Source: Rhodosorus marinus CCMP1338
Lineage: Eukaryota > Plantae > Rhodophyta
DNA: 41,280 nt
Assembly: GCA_029953675.1 (NCBI GenBank)
Contig: JAMWBK010000015.1
Coordinates: forward strand, 1-41,280
Reading direction: 5' to 3'
The notes under the pieces were generated by a model. The model did no database searches. It saw only the letters and a program-made list of their open reading frames with translations, and was not told the DNA's origin. A program made the position numbers and the translations under genes. How positions within the stretch are numbered: position 1 is the stretch's first letter; each line of letters opens with the position of its first letter. This document shows positions 1-10,610 of the stretch, piece after piece.

Positions 1-62
1 TTCTTAGTTACTTTTCACGGTTTACAGTAGCGCGTTAGGCTATGCTAGTAAAGTCTAAGTAA
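1..62 (+). mobile_element. Group C CRE-like element, 3' tail remnant
   Basis: ttttcacggtttacagtagcgcgttaggctatgctagtaaag matches the tail after the 17546-18346 ORF (ttttcacgccttgcgtagcgcttcaggctatgctaataaag). Confidence 0.7.
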
Positions 63-260
63 AGCTCAGATCAACGTACGTCGTACGGTACGTTGGCTAT
101 CGATCAGAGTGACAACGAGGTCAACTTCCGACATTCATCATTTTAGTAGTTTGCGACAGGCAAGGGCTTCCCACGTTCAAGATCCGCGGATGCCGGCCGA
201 TCCCTAAACAGGGCATCAGGCGATGACCGAAGCTCGAATTCAGAGGCGCATAAACTCAGC
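63..260 (-). mobile_element. Group B RLE-domain remnant
   Basis: Minus strand encodes DLERGKPLPVANY and RTTYVD, matching EIEREKPLPVADF and RRTTYVDL of ORF 13595-14125; contains stops and frameshifts. Confidence 0.65.
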
Positions 261-1199
261 GACAGATTTGGGTTCTTGAGGGTGCAAAATGGTGTTTGGT
301 TCGGACTTTTTTTGGCAGTGATCATAGTGTTTTCTTCTAAGTGGCAGGCGTGTCTTCCGTGTCGGTTTTCCCCTGGGTTTCTAATGAGTTTGTGGTTTTT
401 AGGTCGTGAGGTTGGTCTGCAGGGCTTTCTCTCCTTCCCTTGGGTTGCGGCTGGTGCTTTTCCCGGGGCTTCCCCATTTGGGTTAGGTGACTTACCTTTT
501 AGAGGGTTTGCAGTGCGAATTTTCCTCGCCAAACTCTTTTTGTGATGGCTAGAGTTTCACGGCAGTATTTTCTGAGGTGGATGGCGTTGCCACCTCTCCG
601 CTCGTGGAACGCTGGATGCGCGTGGGTGCATTCAGCAACGTGCCACTATCGCCAACTGCAACGAAGCGTCATAACATGCATCGTCTCGAAAACTGACCAG
701 GCTTCTTATTGTTGCTTGGGAGGGAGAAGCGCCTGTCCATGCTGAAGCCGCGTACCTGGCGAATTCCCTTCGAACGTGCGCGTGCCCTCCGTCAGACCTC
801 GGCGACAACCGTTCGGGTTGAGGGGGAGAAGTGTTTTGGGCTGCTCTGCACCTCTCACTGCCCTCATATTCTGTTGTCTTTCCCTCTCTCCCCGTCGTCG
901 TACCTAACTTCGCCGGCTGGGCCCGAAGTTGAAGCCTGGAATACCGCTCCAGATCCGGCCGGGGCGGTTACGTAACCCCAAGAACACTTCCTGCGAAGCC
1001 AACGGATGCTAAAGAATAACCGTACATTGACCATTGAGTTTGTTAACAGAAATCTTTCTTTCTCAATCTGACCTGTCCTCGGTCTGTCCAAGAGCACCTA
1101 ATGATGAACTGCGCCATCAACGTCCGTGTTGTATGTTTGGAGGCCGCCGTGGTCTTTCTTCCACTGTTTGCAAACCTGAGCAAAACAGGTAGAGGGGTG

Positions 1200-1510
1200 T
1201 TGTCAAGGCGTGCACAGTGCGCTTCGGCGCGATGATAAATCTTGTCAACGCTTGCCTCAACAAGTCGCCTCAGCTACTCTGGTCATTGAATGCTTTGGGT
1301 TTCTGGGTTCCGATTCGGGTTTCTCGTTGGCTTCGGGAAGTGTTCGGTGAACGCTATGACCGTCTTCCGTCGTTGTTTACCCGTTTAAGTTTCTCGTTGT
1401 GGCGTATGAACACTGCTTTGATGTTGCAGGCGCGCGATCTTCGCCGCGCTTAGTCTTGTTTTTCCCCGGGGTTTTTCTTCAGTCTCCGAATAAATAAATT
1501 TATTCAATAA
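1200..1510 (+). mobile_element. Group B 3' fragment (RLE C-terminus plus 3' UTR)
   Basis: Encodes LFTRLSFSLWRMNTALMLQARDLRRA*, followed by T-rich/ccccgggg UTR as at 13540-13600. Confidence 0.85.
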
Positions 1511-1581
1511 CCGGCCGAGTTCCCAATAGAACAGGTCCAAGATCCTCATGTGTCTGCGGGTCCGGGCTCCTTTAGTGAGGC

Positions 1582-1617
1582 GGTGGTGGTGGTGGTGGTG
1601 GTGGTGGTGGTGGTGGT
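1582..1617. repeat. (GGT)12 microsatellite abutting a minus-strand group C tail (1618-1660)
   Basis: Perfect GGT run; adjacent minus strand reads gcgcatcaggctatgtaagtaaaa-(ACC)n. Confidence 0.9.
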
Positions 1618-1857
1618 TTTACTTACATAGCCTGATGCGCAACGCAAGACGTAAAAGGAAACAAGTAAATCTATCCTTAAGCCAAGAGCAGTTTGACCCA
1701 AAACCAGAAGCTTTGCAATTAGTAATGAACTCTCAGAACGAAGCGCATCTCATCAGATACCTCTTGTACGGCATTGATACATTTAAAGCTACTCACACAG
1801 TGAACCATGGCGCCCTCGAGGAGTCGAGTCCCCAGTGCGAAACAGTCAATACTACCA

Positions 1858-1955
1858 GTAAAATTTACTGGGCAGCTAACCCCAGACTTTACTAGCCCCA
1901 GACTAGCTGCATCCTTTATTAGGCAGCTGCACTGATGCAGCGCAACACTAGCCCC
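1858..1955 (-). mobile_element. Degenerate group A 3' tails with partial telomere-like repeats
   Basis: tttactgggcagct and ctttattaggcagctgc..gcagcgcaacacta match tails at 33771 and 33913; taaccccagact and ccccagacta lie between them. Confidence 0.65.
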
Positions 1956-2399
1956 AGGCCTCGACCGTGCGGCCAGCTCCTATTCAGTGTTCACACAGGT
2001 CGTACCTCGGACAGATGTGACGTAAGGAAATCCGTTGTAAGTACCAAAAAAAGGTTTATGGATTCAGTTGGTTCCGGCTGGCTACGGAAACAATTCGGCG
2101 AACGCGACGAACTGCCTATGCTCACTGTCTTCCCATCTGAGCTTCCTGCTGTGCCGGTACGAACGTTTCTATCATGTTTGCAAACCACTTCATCGATATT
2201 GAAAGGGAGCACGATCTTCTCAGTCTTGTGCCTCTTTCAACATGACGGCCGGCATATCGCCATGTCCGCGACAAAAAGACACAAGAGGAAATCGTGAACA
2301 CAACCACCACTTTCGGCTCCGATTCAACCAATTCATCCAGAAGAAATCGTACGCAAAAGCTGACACAATCAGAAAATGGTTTTTGTTAAAATCTATTCT

Positions 2400-2515
2400 A
2401 GCAGCATACTCGCCGAGGCGTGCCACTGTCGCCTGGGCTTACATGCGCTTCTCCCTAGCCCCACCTAGTTTCCCTTTCCGTTTTGCGTAGCGCATCAGGC
2501 TATGCCAGTAAAACC
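2400..2515 (+). mobile_element. Group C 3' fragment (degenerate)
   Basis: gcagcatactcgccgaggcgtgccac..gcctggg..gcgtagcgcatcaggctatgccagtaaaacc matches the group C end. Confidence 0.7.
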
Positions 2516-3029
2516 AGCATACTACACCTTAAAATAGAAGTGACAATTCCAAACTGAATAGGGGACGAATCTAATCATCGACCCTCTTTCCAATCGGCAT
2601 GCGGACGCTGCGTTTTATTTGGAAGCGACGTTGCAAGGGCGGCAAATCCCTTCAGGAATATATGCTGGTTCGACAGGGAGTCCTTTGGTTTTGCTGTACA
2701 TATGGATACCTTCGGGAAATAACCGCTGGTGAGCATCTCGACGTTGTACGCTGCGCTGCTGTCAGGATGGTAGGTGCTGGAAGGGTTATCTGGGTCACCT
2801 AATCAATCTCTGCACGATACAAGTTTGGACGAACATCCAGATTTTTGAGTATATTTAGCTGAACCAGAAAATATTTCATTAATCATGAAACAGTTCCTGT
2901 GTTTTGTTTAAATAATAATAGACATGACGTCAAGCATGTCGATCGCCATATTGACTGCCATATCCACACAAAAGAAGCGAAAATGAAGTCGTGAACACAG
3001 AACTTCTATATTGTTTCGAGTCATACATT

Positions 3030-3125
3030 AACTCGCTTACCCGTTTAAGTTTCTTGCTGTGCAGTCTCCGGCTAAACAAACTCGAATTCATTCAACTTAG
3101 TAAAACCACCACCACCACCACCACC
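3030..3125 (+). mobile_element. Group B tail remnant followed by (ACC)7
   Basis: ttacccgtttaagtttcttgctgt, cagtctccg and aattcattca match group B; ACC x7 at 3105-3125. Confidence 0.6.
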
Positions 3126-3240
3126 ATTTGTAGTGCGATAAAAAATCATCGAAGACCGGGAGGGAGAGGATTTACTAGGACAAGTACTACACATCACACA
3201 AGCGCCACTACTTGTGACAAGAAAGGTTGTACACAATTGA

Positions 3241-3690
3241 ATGGTGGTGGTTTTTATTGGGCTTTATTACTGGGCTTTATTACTGGACTTTACTAGCATA
3301 GCCTGAAGCGCTACGCAAGGCGTGAAGATGCTTTATTACTAGCATAGCCTGAAGCGCTACGCAGGGCGTGAAAGCGAGCTAGGAGCAAGGGAGAAAGCGT
3401 GCAAACCCGGACGCCGATTGCGCGCCGATTGCGCGCCTCGGCCAGCACGCTGTTTAAATATCGAAAGAGAGTGGCACTTGTACGGTGTAGGAGTCCCAGA
3501 TATTCAACTAGTCTGTAAAACATTTCTGTATCCACTCCAAGCTCGACTTTTCCCTGCTCGAGCTCTCCCAAATGAAGGCTGGAACCTGTGAGAACGGCCC
3601 TCCGCCCAGGGAGACCGGCCCTCCGCCCAGGGAGACCGGCCCTCCGCCCAGGGAGACCGGCCATGCTCGCAACACAGTCGTTCATTCAGT
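3241..3690 (-). mobile_element. Group C 3' fragment with reiterated tail
   Basis: Minus strand encodes degenerate RLE end (RLVEYLGLLHRTSATLFRY..LAEARNRR); tail block duplicated; ends (CCCAGTAATAAAG)-like repeats then ACCACCACC. Confidence 0.8.
3595..3662. repeat. 21-bp tandem repeat x3.2 inside the group C copy
   Basis: cggccctccgcccagggagac repeated; encodes AGLPGRR x3 where the 17546 copy has a single ASLPCAE. Confidence 0.9.
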
Positions 3691-3736
3691 TGGCGAAGTA
3701 CCGAAGAATGGTGGTTTTCCTAACATCGCTACCGAA

Positions 3737-3870
3737 CAATTGAATGAAATTGTGCAATCGGGGATTTAAAAAAAATAAAAACCAAGTGGAAAACAAAACT
3801 ACGAGCTGCGAAGATCGCGCTCGTACAACATTAAATCACACGTTCATACCCCATAGCAGGACACTTCTGG
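3737..3870 (-). mobile_element. Degenerate group B 3' end
   Basis: tgaatgaaattg..A-run..actacgagctgcgaagatcgcgc..aacattaaa aligns to the group B tail at 13545-13650. Confidence 0.55.
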
Positions 3871-4320
3871 AGAAGTCCACAGAGTTGTTCAACACCGGAG
3901 CAAGCGGACTACCCCATCAGTAAGGTAGCAAGCTGACGGTAGCAAGCTGAAAGTGAACATCTCCAGGAACACCTGGGCGACCATGCTTTCCGTGGAAATC
4001 GCTAGTCTTGGGTGTCCTATTAAGCTATCAGGACATCGTTGTGTGAAGCCCTGGTGGGCGGTTTTTTTTAGCAAATGAAGATCAAGGAAATGTCCTAGTG
4101 CCAGGGTGGCCGCCGCTGAGAGTTCCAAGGAACGGTTATAAAGGCCCCGTGACCTTGTTCTATCAGCAGTTGTTGCGGGATGAAGGATGCGCAAGATAAG
4201 CAAACTCTTGAGAGAATTTGAAAGGGAGCAGCCCAATTATCTGTGGACAACTTAAGTTTGAACAGGCAAAGAACGGAGGCAGAATATTCTTCGGGCGGGT
4301 CAGAAAATCAGAGCGGCAGA

Positions 4321-5316
4321 ATGAGGGTGTTGTTTGGATGTATCATGCTGAGCCTGCTTGGCTCGGTGCTCTGTGACAGCGTCGTGACAATAACATCGAG
4401 CGGGACGCTTGCCGTCTTCGACTCTAGCGACATGTCGTCTTCGACGACACCAATTCAGACGATCTCCGATCCAGACGGAGAGTATTTTACGGACGTGCAT
4501 AGATATAAAAACTATGTCTACACGAACACCAACTATGCAAACGTTCAACGATGGGGGATTAGTTCAAGCGGAAAACTGTACCGAACAAGTGACAAGCTCT
4601 GGTTTCAGTACTGCCCATCTGGACTCTCCATAAGGGGTTCCTCGGATCCGGAACACGCTGACTACGTGCTCTTGATCTGCCCGTATTACTCATACGGTAA
4701 TTCAAGGGTCATTCTCGCAAACCCAAAGACGCTGGAGTTTGAGCACACCATTCCCTCCATCCAATCGGGCATGTACGCGGCCACTATAACCGACGCCGTT
4801 CTCACTGACAAATACTTGTACACTTCGCAGTTTGTACCTCACTCTGGTGGAGTGTCACTAATCATGCAGTACGACGTGTCTAACAACTTCAAGAAAGGCG
4901 TGAGGGTGAACCTGCCTACCGCTCCGCGACTTTCGATCATGAAAAATTCCGATCTGTTCGCAACTTACCAGAACCAAATCGGTCGATTCGATGCGGATAC
5001 GATGGAAACGTTGAAGTCTGTGAGCACATCTTGCGCCCACACGGTGAAACTCTCCGCGGATTCAAAGACTCTGTTTACTGGCTGTGGCGGAAGTAACTCG
5101 CTTCAGGTCTACGACGTGAGCGGGTCGGACATTGATCCGGTGTGTGAGTCGGATATTGGAGGTGGCGCGGGGGGCGGTATGGTGGAGTTCGAGGGTTCCC
5201 TTTACGCCAGCGGTAATGCGCTGACAAGGTACACGCTGGCAGACAATGGCTGCCCAGTATCTTCGGACGCCGTTGAAATCGACAGCTACGACATCGCCTA
5301 CCTCCCAACGAAATAG
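4321..5316 (+). CDS. Secreted protein, 331 aa, probable beta-propeller-like fold
   Basis: Intact ORF; second ATG gives signal peptide MRVLFGCIMLSLLGSVLC; short beta-strand repeats such as LFTGCGGSNSLQVYDV and LYTSQF..IMQYDV. Fold is inferred. Confidence 0.8.
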   Translation: MRVLFGCIMLSLLGSVLCDSVVTITSSGTLAVFDSSDMSSSTTPIQTISDPDGEYFTDVHRYKNYVYTNTNYANVQRWGISSSGKLYRTSDKLWFQYCPSGLSIRGSSDPEHADYVLLICPYYSYGNSRVILANPKTLEFEHTIPSIQSGMYAATITDAVLTDKYLYTSQFVPHSGGVSLIMQYDVSNNFKKGVRVNLPTAPRLSIMKNSDLFATYQNQIGRFDADTMETLKSVSTSCAHTVKLSADSKTLFTGCGGSNSLQVYDVSGSDIDPVCESDIGGGAGGGMVEFEGSLYASGNALTRYTLADNGCPVSSDAVEIDSYDIAYLPTK

Positions 5317-5499
5317 ATATATTGTTGTTGGCGCAGTCAAATTTGCAAACAAACCTTTAGGAAACACCTAAGGGAGGACTTGTATTTAGAATGGATCCCC
5401 TCAGTGTTTCTCCTCGGGGGGGGAAATACTGCCTCTAGAACTGCCGATGCACTAATCACACCCGTAGCATCATTCCCAATAAAAACAACTAATTCCAGA

Positions 5500-5826
5500 G
5501 GATGTGATTGCGTGAATTCGTTTAATTGGAGACTGAAAGAAAAAAAGCTGAACGTGCGGCGAAGACCGTGCCCCTCCAACATCATTGCAGCGTTAACACG
5601 CCACTGCGGGAACCTGAAAACGGGCCAAAAAGGGGAGAAACGGTCAGGGCCTTCGCGCCCATCTCCCGAAGCCAACGAGAACCAACGAAATTCATAAAGC
5701 CGAAGAACTCAAAATGACCAGAACTACCAGGCGATGAGCTTGAGCTGAAGCACGGAAGCAAAGCCCCCGCATGTTTTGCCTATTTGCGACGTCTCATACG
5801 GGCAGCGGCAAATCCACGGCATTCCA
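5500..5826 (-). mobile_element. Degenerate group B 3' fragment
   Basis: Aligns to 13545-13875 (cggtcagggccttcgcg..ctcccgaagccaacgagaaccaac). Confidence 0.75.
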
Positions 5827-6520
5827 GCGGACTGAGGAAAAAACTTTTTACATCACTCTTTACGCCCTGCGTGGCGCTGAATGCTGTGAAAGTTAACCAA
5901 CCAATCATCAGCACGGCTAAATAGTCTTCGACGGAAAGCAATCAGACGTAGACGACCTGTTCCTCAGATGTTTTCGGATATTCCATATCGACAAGGTTCA
6001 CGTCTTCTGAACGGTGATCAGGAACGATCTAACCCTTTACAAAACTTTCCATCCTGCTTAAAGTTGGCTATATTTACCTGACTATAGGACCCGCCATCAA
6101 AGTTGAAAGCGGCATTAGGAGTTCAACTCTGGAATCAAATCTCCCTGCTTCATACTCATTGGGTTAATCTCTCGAGAATAAGACTCCAGAGTTGAACTGC
6201 TAAGGCCGCTTTCAACTTCAATTGCACAACGCGAAACAGCGGGGGGAAGGGCAACCAAAGGAAGCGCCTCCCACGGAAGAACACAATCGTGACCGAAAGC
6301 GACTCAAAACCCGAACCTGGAGAACTCAAAAACCGAAAACCTCGACGCCTCCGTATAAGCAGTGCCTTGTCGATATGGAATTTTCGAAAACATCTGAGGA
6401 ATAGGTCGTCTACGTCTGCTTGCTTTTCGTCGCAGACTGTTTAGCCGTGCTGGTGATTGGTTGGTTAACTAAAACAGCCTTCAGCGCTACGCGGCGTAAA
6501 AAATTCTATCCTCAGTCTGC
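5827..6520. mobile_element. Foldback/MITE-like element with ~160-bp imperfect terminal inverted repeats
   Basis: 5827-5996 is the reverse complement of 6364-6520 (e.g. agttaaccaaccaatca.cagcacggctaaa.agtc); no ORF; no clear target-site duplication. Confidence 0.75.
6100..6218. repeat. Nested 37-bp inverted repeat (hairpin or small MITE)
   Basis: aagttgaaagcggcattaggagttcaactctggaatc (6100-6136) pairs with 6182-6218 with few mismatches; CA on both flanks. Confidence 0.8.
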
Positions 6521-6544
6521 AATCAATCCCTACTCTCCCAATTG

Positions 6545-8010
6545 ACCTATCTTCCCCCCTCCCTCCTTGTGGTTAACCATTCAGCCCTCGTCAAAGGGCC
6601 AACGTCTGGACGCCTTCGAGTTCCGGACTGCGGCAAGGACCTACCTCGGTTTGCCGCAGGCCCTTCGCGCTCTAGTCGCCATTGCTTCTGCCAAGGCTGT
6701 GAAAGTCATATTGACGGTTGTGGTTACCACTTTCAGTGCTCGTATGGTCTTGAGGTCGCCCGCGGCAGGTTACCCGGGTATGAGCAGAATTTGCAGCGCA
6801 CGCACTGATGTGATTCAGCCTAGCCTCACCTCGGGTCAACACTGTACAGCTCACGCAATCTCGCTCAACTCTCCGCTCATGAATGAATGGTTTAATCGGA
6901 GGCTGAAAAAAAACCCCGAGGGGAAAAAAAAGACTAAGCGCGGCAAAGTACTCGCGCCTCCAACATCAAAGCGGCATTCATGCGCCACAGCAGGAAACTT
7001 AAGCGGGTAAACAACGATTGGAGACGGTCAGGGCGTTCGCGGAACAACTCATACCGCCCACAACTGTGGCTTGTCTTCGCCGCTTGAGAGTTCGTCTATC
7101 TCACCTGTGGTTAAACACTCTCACCCCGTCACCGGCGCAACGTCTGGACACCTTCCAGCCCCGGTCTGCCGCAAGAATCTATCTGGGTTTGCCACAGGAC
7201 CCTTGGCACTCTAATCGCCTTTCCTTCTGCCAAGGCTGTGAGACTCGTATTGACGGTTGTGGCTACCAAGCTGTGGCCTCTTGTGGAATGCTGAACGGTC
7301 ATTGAACGAAACGCGACACCCGTCTGAAGTACATCCTGAGCGAACATTTGACCAGGGCTGGCCACATGGTTACACGCTTGAGTTTGAATCGGAACTGCCT
7401 CGATCAGCCTCTGCCACCCCCCCCGCATCGCAAATCTCCTGGTTCGTAAAACCACCTGGTATCGGATCCCGTCGGCAGACGCTCAGCATATGTGGACCTC
7501 GCTGTCACAGACCCTGTGTCAAAAAGTACTTATCCCGCCTCTGCCGCTCTCCGCTCGGTGGGCAGCAGCTTCCGTACTTCGCCGGCTGCAGGAATGGCGG
7601 TATGCTGAGAGCATGGCCAGTCTCCCCCGGGCCGAGAACCGTTCTCAAAGGTTCTAGCCTTTCATTGTGGAAAGTTTTGGGCATCTGGAAAGGTTCAGCT
7701 TGGAGTGGCTGCTGAAATGTTTACTGACTAGTTGAATATCTGGGACTCCCACGCCGTTTGGGTGTCGCTCTCAGGCGATAATCTCGCAGCATGTTCGCCG
7801 TGGCGCACAATCGCCGCCTACGTTGCACGCTTTTCCCCCTAGTCCCTTCTCCCTTTCACGCCTTGCGCAGCGCTTCAGGTTTGGAAAGCCAGTAAAACCA
7901 CTTAGGCGCGCCATCGGCGCCTGGGTTTGCACGCTTCCCTCCCTAGTTCTTAGTTCCATTTCACGCCTTGCGTATCGCTTCAGGCTATGCTAATAAGCCC
8001 AGTAGAACCA
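6545..8010 (+). mobile_element. Two degenerate group C 3' fragments; the second is interrupted by a group B insertion
   Basis: WLT..P....RLD.F.FR.AAR.YLGLPQ at 6567-6665 and 7100-7200; tail gcgtatcgcttcaggctatgctaataagcccagtagaaccacc at 7970-8012. Confidence 0.75.
6881..7050 (-). mobile_element. Young 5'-truncated group B insertion with ctcat duplication
   Basis: Near-identical to 13545-13712; ctcat at 6876-6880 and 7048-7052; removal rejoins the group C sequence seen at 17536-17575. Confidence 0.85.
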
Positions 8011-8254
8011 CCAACCAATTCAGGATTCCGCCCGCTTCGGTATACTTAACAAAGATATATATTCAAATTTTACGCAAACAGAAGAGATTTCGTGCTCAGG
8101 TCAATCGTTCATAATCCGTTAAGATAGCAGAATACTTATTACTGGTGGATATTTATAGAATCCAAGTATAAAAATAGAAAGTTTGCTTACTCCATTTGAT
8201 CTCCTTTTGTTTATCCAATAAATAAAATAAAATCATCGTTTAATTGTTTGTCAG

Positions 8255-8684
8255 ACGGGTGGTGGTCCTACCGTATCTGAATGAATTTGTTTCTGGTACC
8301 TGAACGAACGAACGAACGAATGGTTTAATCGGAGGCTGAAAAAAAAAACCCCGAGGGGAAAAAAAGACTAAGCGCGGCGAAGTACTCGCGCCTCCAACAT
8401 CAAAGCGGCATTCATGCGCCACAGCAGGAAACTTAAGCGGGTAAACAACGATTGAAGACGGTCAGGGCGTTCGCGGAACAACTCCCGAAGCCAGCGAGAA
8501 CCAACAGAGTCCATGAACCCAAAGCACTCAATGATCAGGGGTACCAAGCGATGTGCTAGTGCCGAAGCACCTGAACAAGGTGTCAGTGGACGGCTGGTTT
8601 CGAACGGGTGGTGGTCCTACCGTATCTGAATGAATTTGTTTCTGGTACCTGAACAAGGTGTCAGTGGACGGCTGGTTTCGAACG
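8255..8684. repeat. 78-bp tandem duplication whose first unit is split by a group B insertion
   Basis: acgggtggtggtcc..ggtacctgaac at 8255 and 8604; cctgaacaagg..tttcgaacg at 8570 and 8648. Confidence 0.85.
8306..8570 (-). mobile_element. Young 5'-truncated group B insertion, (TTCG)n tail, cctgaac duplication
   Basis: Near-identical to 13545-13798; cctgaac at 8299-8305 and 8570-8576. Confidence 0.9.
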
Positions 8685-8782
8685 TACCCAGTTTGCTGTT
8701 TGTTAGGGAAAGAAGGAATTTGTGCAATCCGGGATTGAAAAAAAAACACGGAGGGGAAAAAAAGACTACACGCTGTCAATAG

Positions 8783-8935
8783 GGTTGTAGGTGCCAGTTG
8801 GTCTGGTTTTTCACTGTTTACGCGACCCGGAAGTGGTTAAACGTGCGAAAACAAGGGGGTTTAAGGGGTTGGGTGGGTTGTAAACAGCGAAGAACCCAAC
8901 CCACCTGGCAAAAACCCCACCCACTTGGCACAACC
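8783..8935. mobile_element. MITE-like element, degenerate copy of 16567-16686
   Basis: Shares core gaagtggttaaac..gcgaaaaca..taaacagcgaagaaccc and terminus cccacttggcacaacc with the reverse complement of 16567-16686. Confidence 0.65.
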
Positions 8936-9182
8936 TTACTGCCAAGACCGCCCACCTCCAAAATCACAACCCGGATTATGCCAGAAAGCGGACTATCGAA
9001 TCAATGAGGTAGACAAACTTGACGGTGACCTCGGCGAGCATGAATTCCCTGGTAATCGTCAGTCTTGGGTGTCCAATTAAACTATCCGATCATCGATCCA
9101 TTGGTTCGAACATATCCTGTTTACAGTTTTTTTGCGGCAAAACCCGTCTATTGGTTTTCTTGGGTGACGGCGACGGAATTGG

Positions 9183-9324
9183 TGAAGGCAGACATGTGTC
9201 ATAACAGGGCCGCACTTCCCAAAAAACTCGTTGACTTCCCAAGGCCGAGGATAATGAAGGCAGACATGTGTCAGAACAGGGCCGCACTTCCCAAAAAACT
9301 CGTTGACTTCCCAAGGCCGAGGAT
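9183..9324. repeat. 72-bp-period tandem duplication upstream of the 9483 gene
   Basis: tgaaggcagacatgtgtc..cccaaggccgaggat at 9183-9252 and 9255-9324; single shorter version upstream of the paralog (13143-13197). Confidence 0.9.
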
Positions 9325-9482
9325 CTTTAAATCTTCTGGAGGTGTTTTGTGCGATTCGGTATTTACTTAAGCCGGATAAACGCAGCCGCATAATCGGGAG
9401 GTGACGGGGAGAATTCGGCACAAGCAGATAAGGGGATCTAGAATTAGTAGGTCTGGAAAGGGAAAACCACTAGCTAGCAAGG

Positions 9483-10610
9483 ATGAAGACCTGGCACACA
9501 ACGACGATGCTTCTCGCTGCTGGTTTCTTGGCTGCAATTGCAGCTGCCGAGTCCGGGGATTGCGACCCGAAGGGTGAATATCCTTACTTTCAAAGGAGGA
9601 CTAATTTTTTGACCACTGGTGGTCCGCCGGGTAGGGTCAATTACATTGCAACGATGAACACCAGAACAGGTTTGATTACAAACGGGATACCAAGTTTCGA
9701 GGTGGAGGTGGAAAACCACGCCCAACTTGTGAATATGACGAGAGTGAGACTTGGAGTCTGGCCCGACTGCAAGGAAGGAAGCGTTCCGAGTGGAAAAAGC
9801 AAGTTTCAGATCGCCTTGGACGGGGATGATATCGATCAGGATAACCTAGTCTTCGAGATTCCGGTTACAGCTATGCCGATTCCCAACTGCCTTTCTCAAG
9901 ACTCCATCTGCATGGTTGGGGCGTTCAGGGGATTCGTTGGAGATACGGAGACGAACCTCAGGATCTCCACGAAGCAACCTAGCGGTAGTCAATGCCCAGC
10001 ATCGACGCCTAAGGGACCCGACGGGATAACTCAGTGCCCAATTGGCGTTATATGGGTCGACGGCACCCCGTCGCCGTCGCCGACTCCTTCTCCCTTCTAC
10101 AACTGCGAGAAGGACATTGAGGCGACCGGGCTTGAGCCAACGTTCACTTGCGGAAAGAAAACAAACTGCATCTCTACCTTCAGTTTGCTTAATAGATTTA
10201 CAGGCACCAATGTTGCAACCGCGACTTACAGCACTTCATCTGTGAACGGCGAGCGCTGCTTCCACCTCGTAATCAAATTCAACTCGGGCGAACAGGGGCA
10301 GAGCATAACCGGCATGTACTTGGGCCTATGGGGAGCGGACCAGGATCTGAAGACAATCTGGGAAAACAACCAAGAGTTCCAAATCGCAACTTCAGTAGCC
10401 CCGGACAGCCCCTTGGAGTGGGATATCTGCCCCTCCATGTTGACCGATATGCCAAACTGTACCTCCATCGAGGACATGCTGTTCCTGAGCACGATTGAGG
10501 CCTCGGATGAGAGCGGTAATGGGTATTTCTTGGATCCTGATGTGGGGCAATGTCCCGATCTGGAGGTGATACCATTCAACGGATGCCCAGTCAACACGAA
10601 GTGGAGGTAA
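9483..10610 (+). CDS. Secreted Cys-rich protein, 375 aa, two related domains joined by a TPSPSPTPSP linker
   Basis: Intact ORF; signal peptide MKTWHTTTMLLAAGFLAAIAAA; RLGVW and YLGLW motifs in the two halves. Confidence 0.85.
   Translation: MKTWHTTTMLLAAGFLAAIAAAESGDCDPKGEYPYFQRRTNFLTTGGPPGRVNYIATMNTRTGLITNGIPSFEVEVENHAQLVNMTRVRLGVWPDCKEGSVPSGKSKFQIALDGDDIDQDNLVFEIPVTAMPIPNCLSQDSICMVGAFRGFVGDTETNLRISTKQPSGSQCPASTPKGPDGITQCPIGVIWVDGTPSPSPTPSPFYNCEKDIEATGLEPTFTCGKKTNCISTFSLLNRFTGTNVATATYSTSSVNGERCFHLVIKFNSGEQGQSITGMYLGLWGADQDLKTIWENNQEFQIATSVAPDSPLEWDICPSMLTDMPNCTSIEDMLFLSTIEASDESGNGYFLDPDVGQCPDLEVIPFNGCPVNTKWR

Noticed and set aside
276-975. Possible gene or element 5' region (ORFs 276-545, 542-745, 709-975)
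   Set aside because: No convincing similarity to any protein here; hydrophobic look explained by T/G-rich composition.
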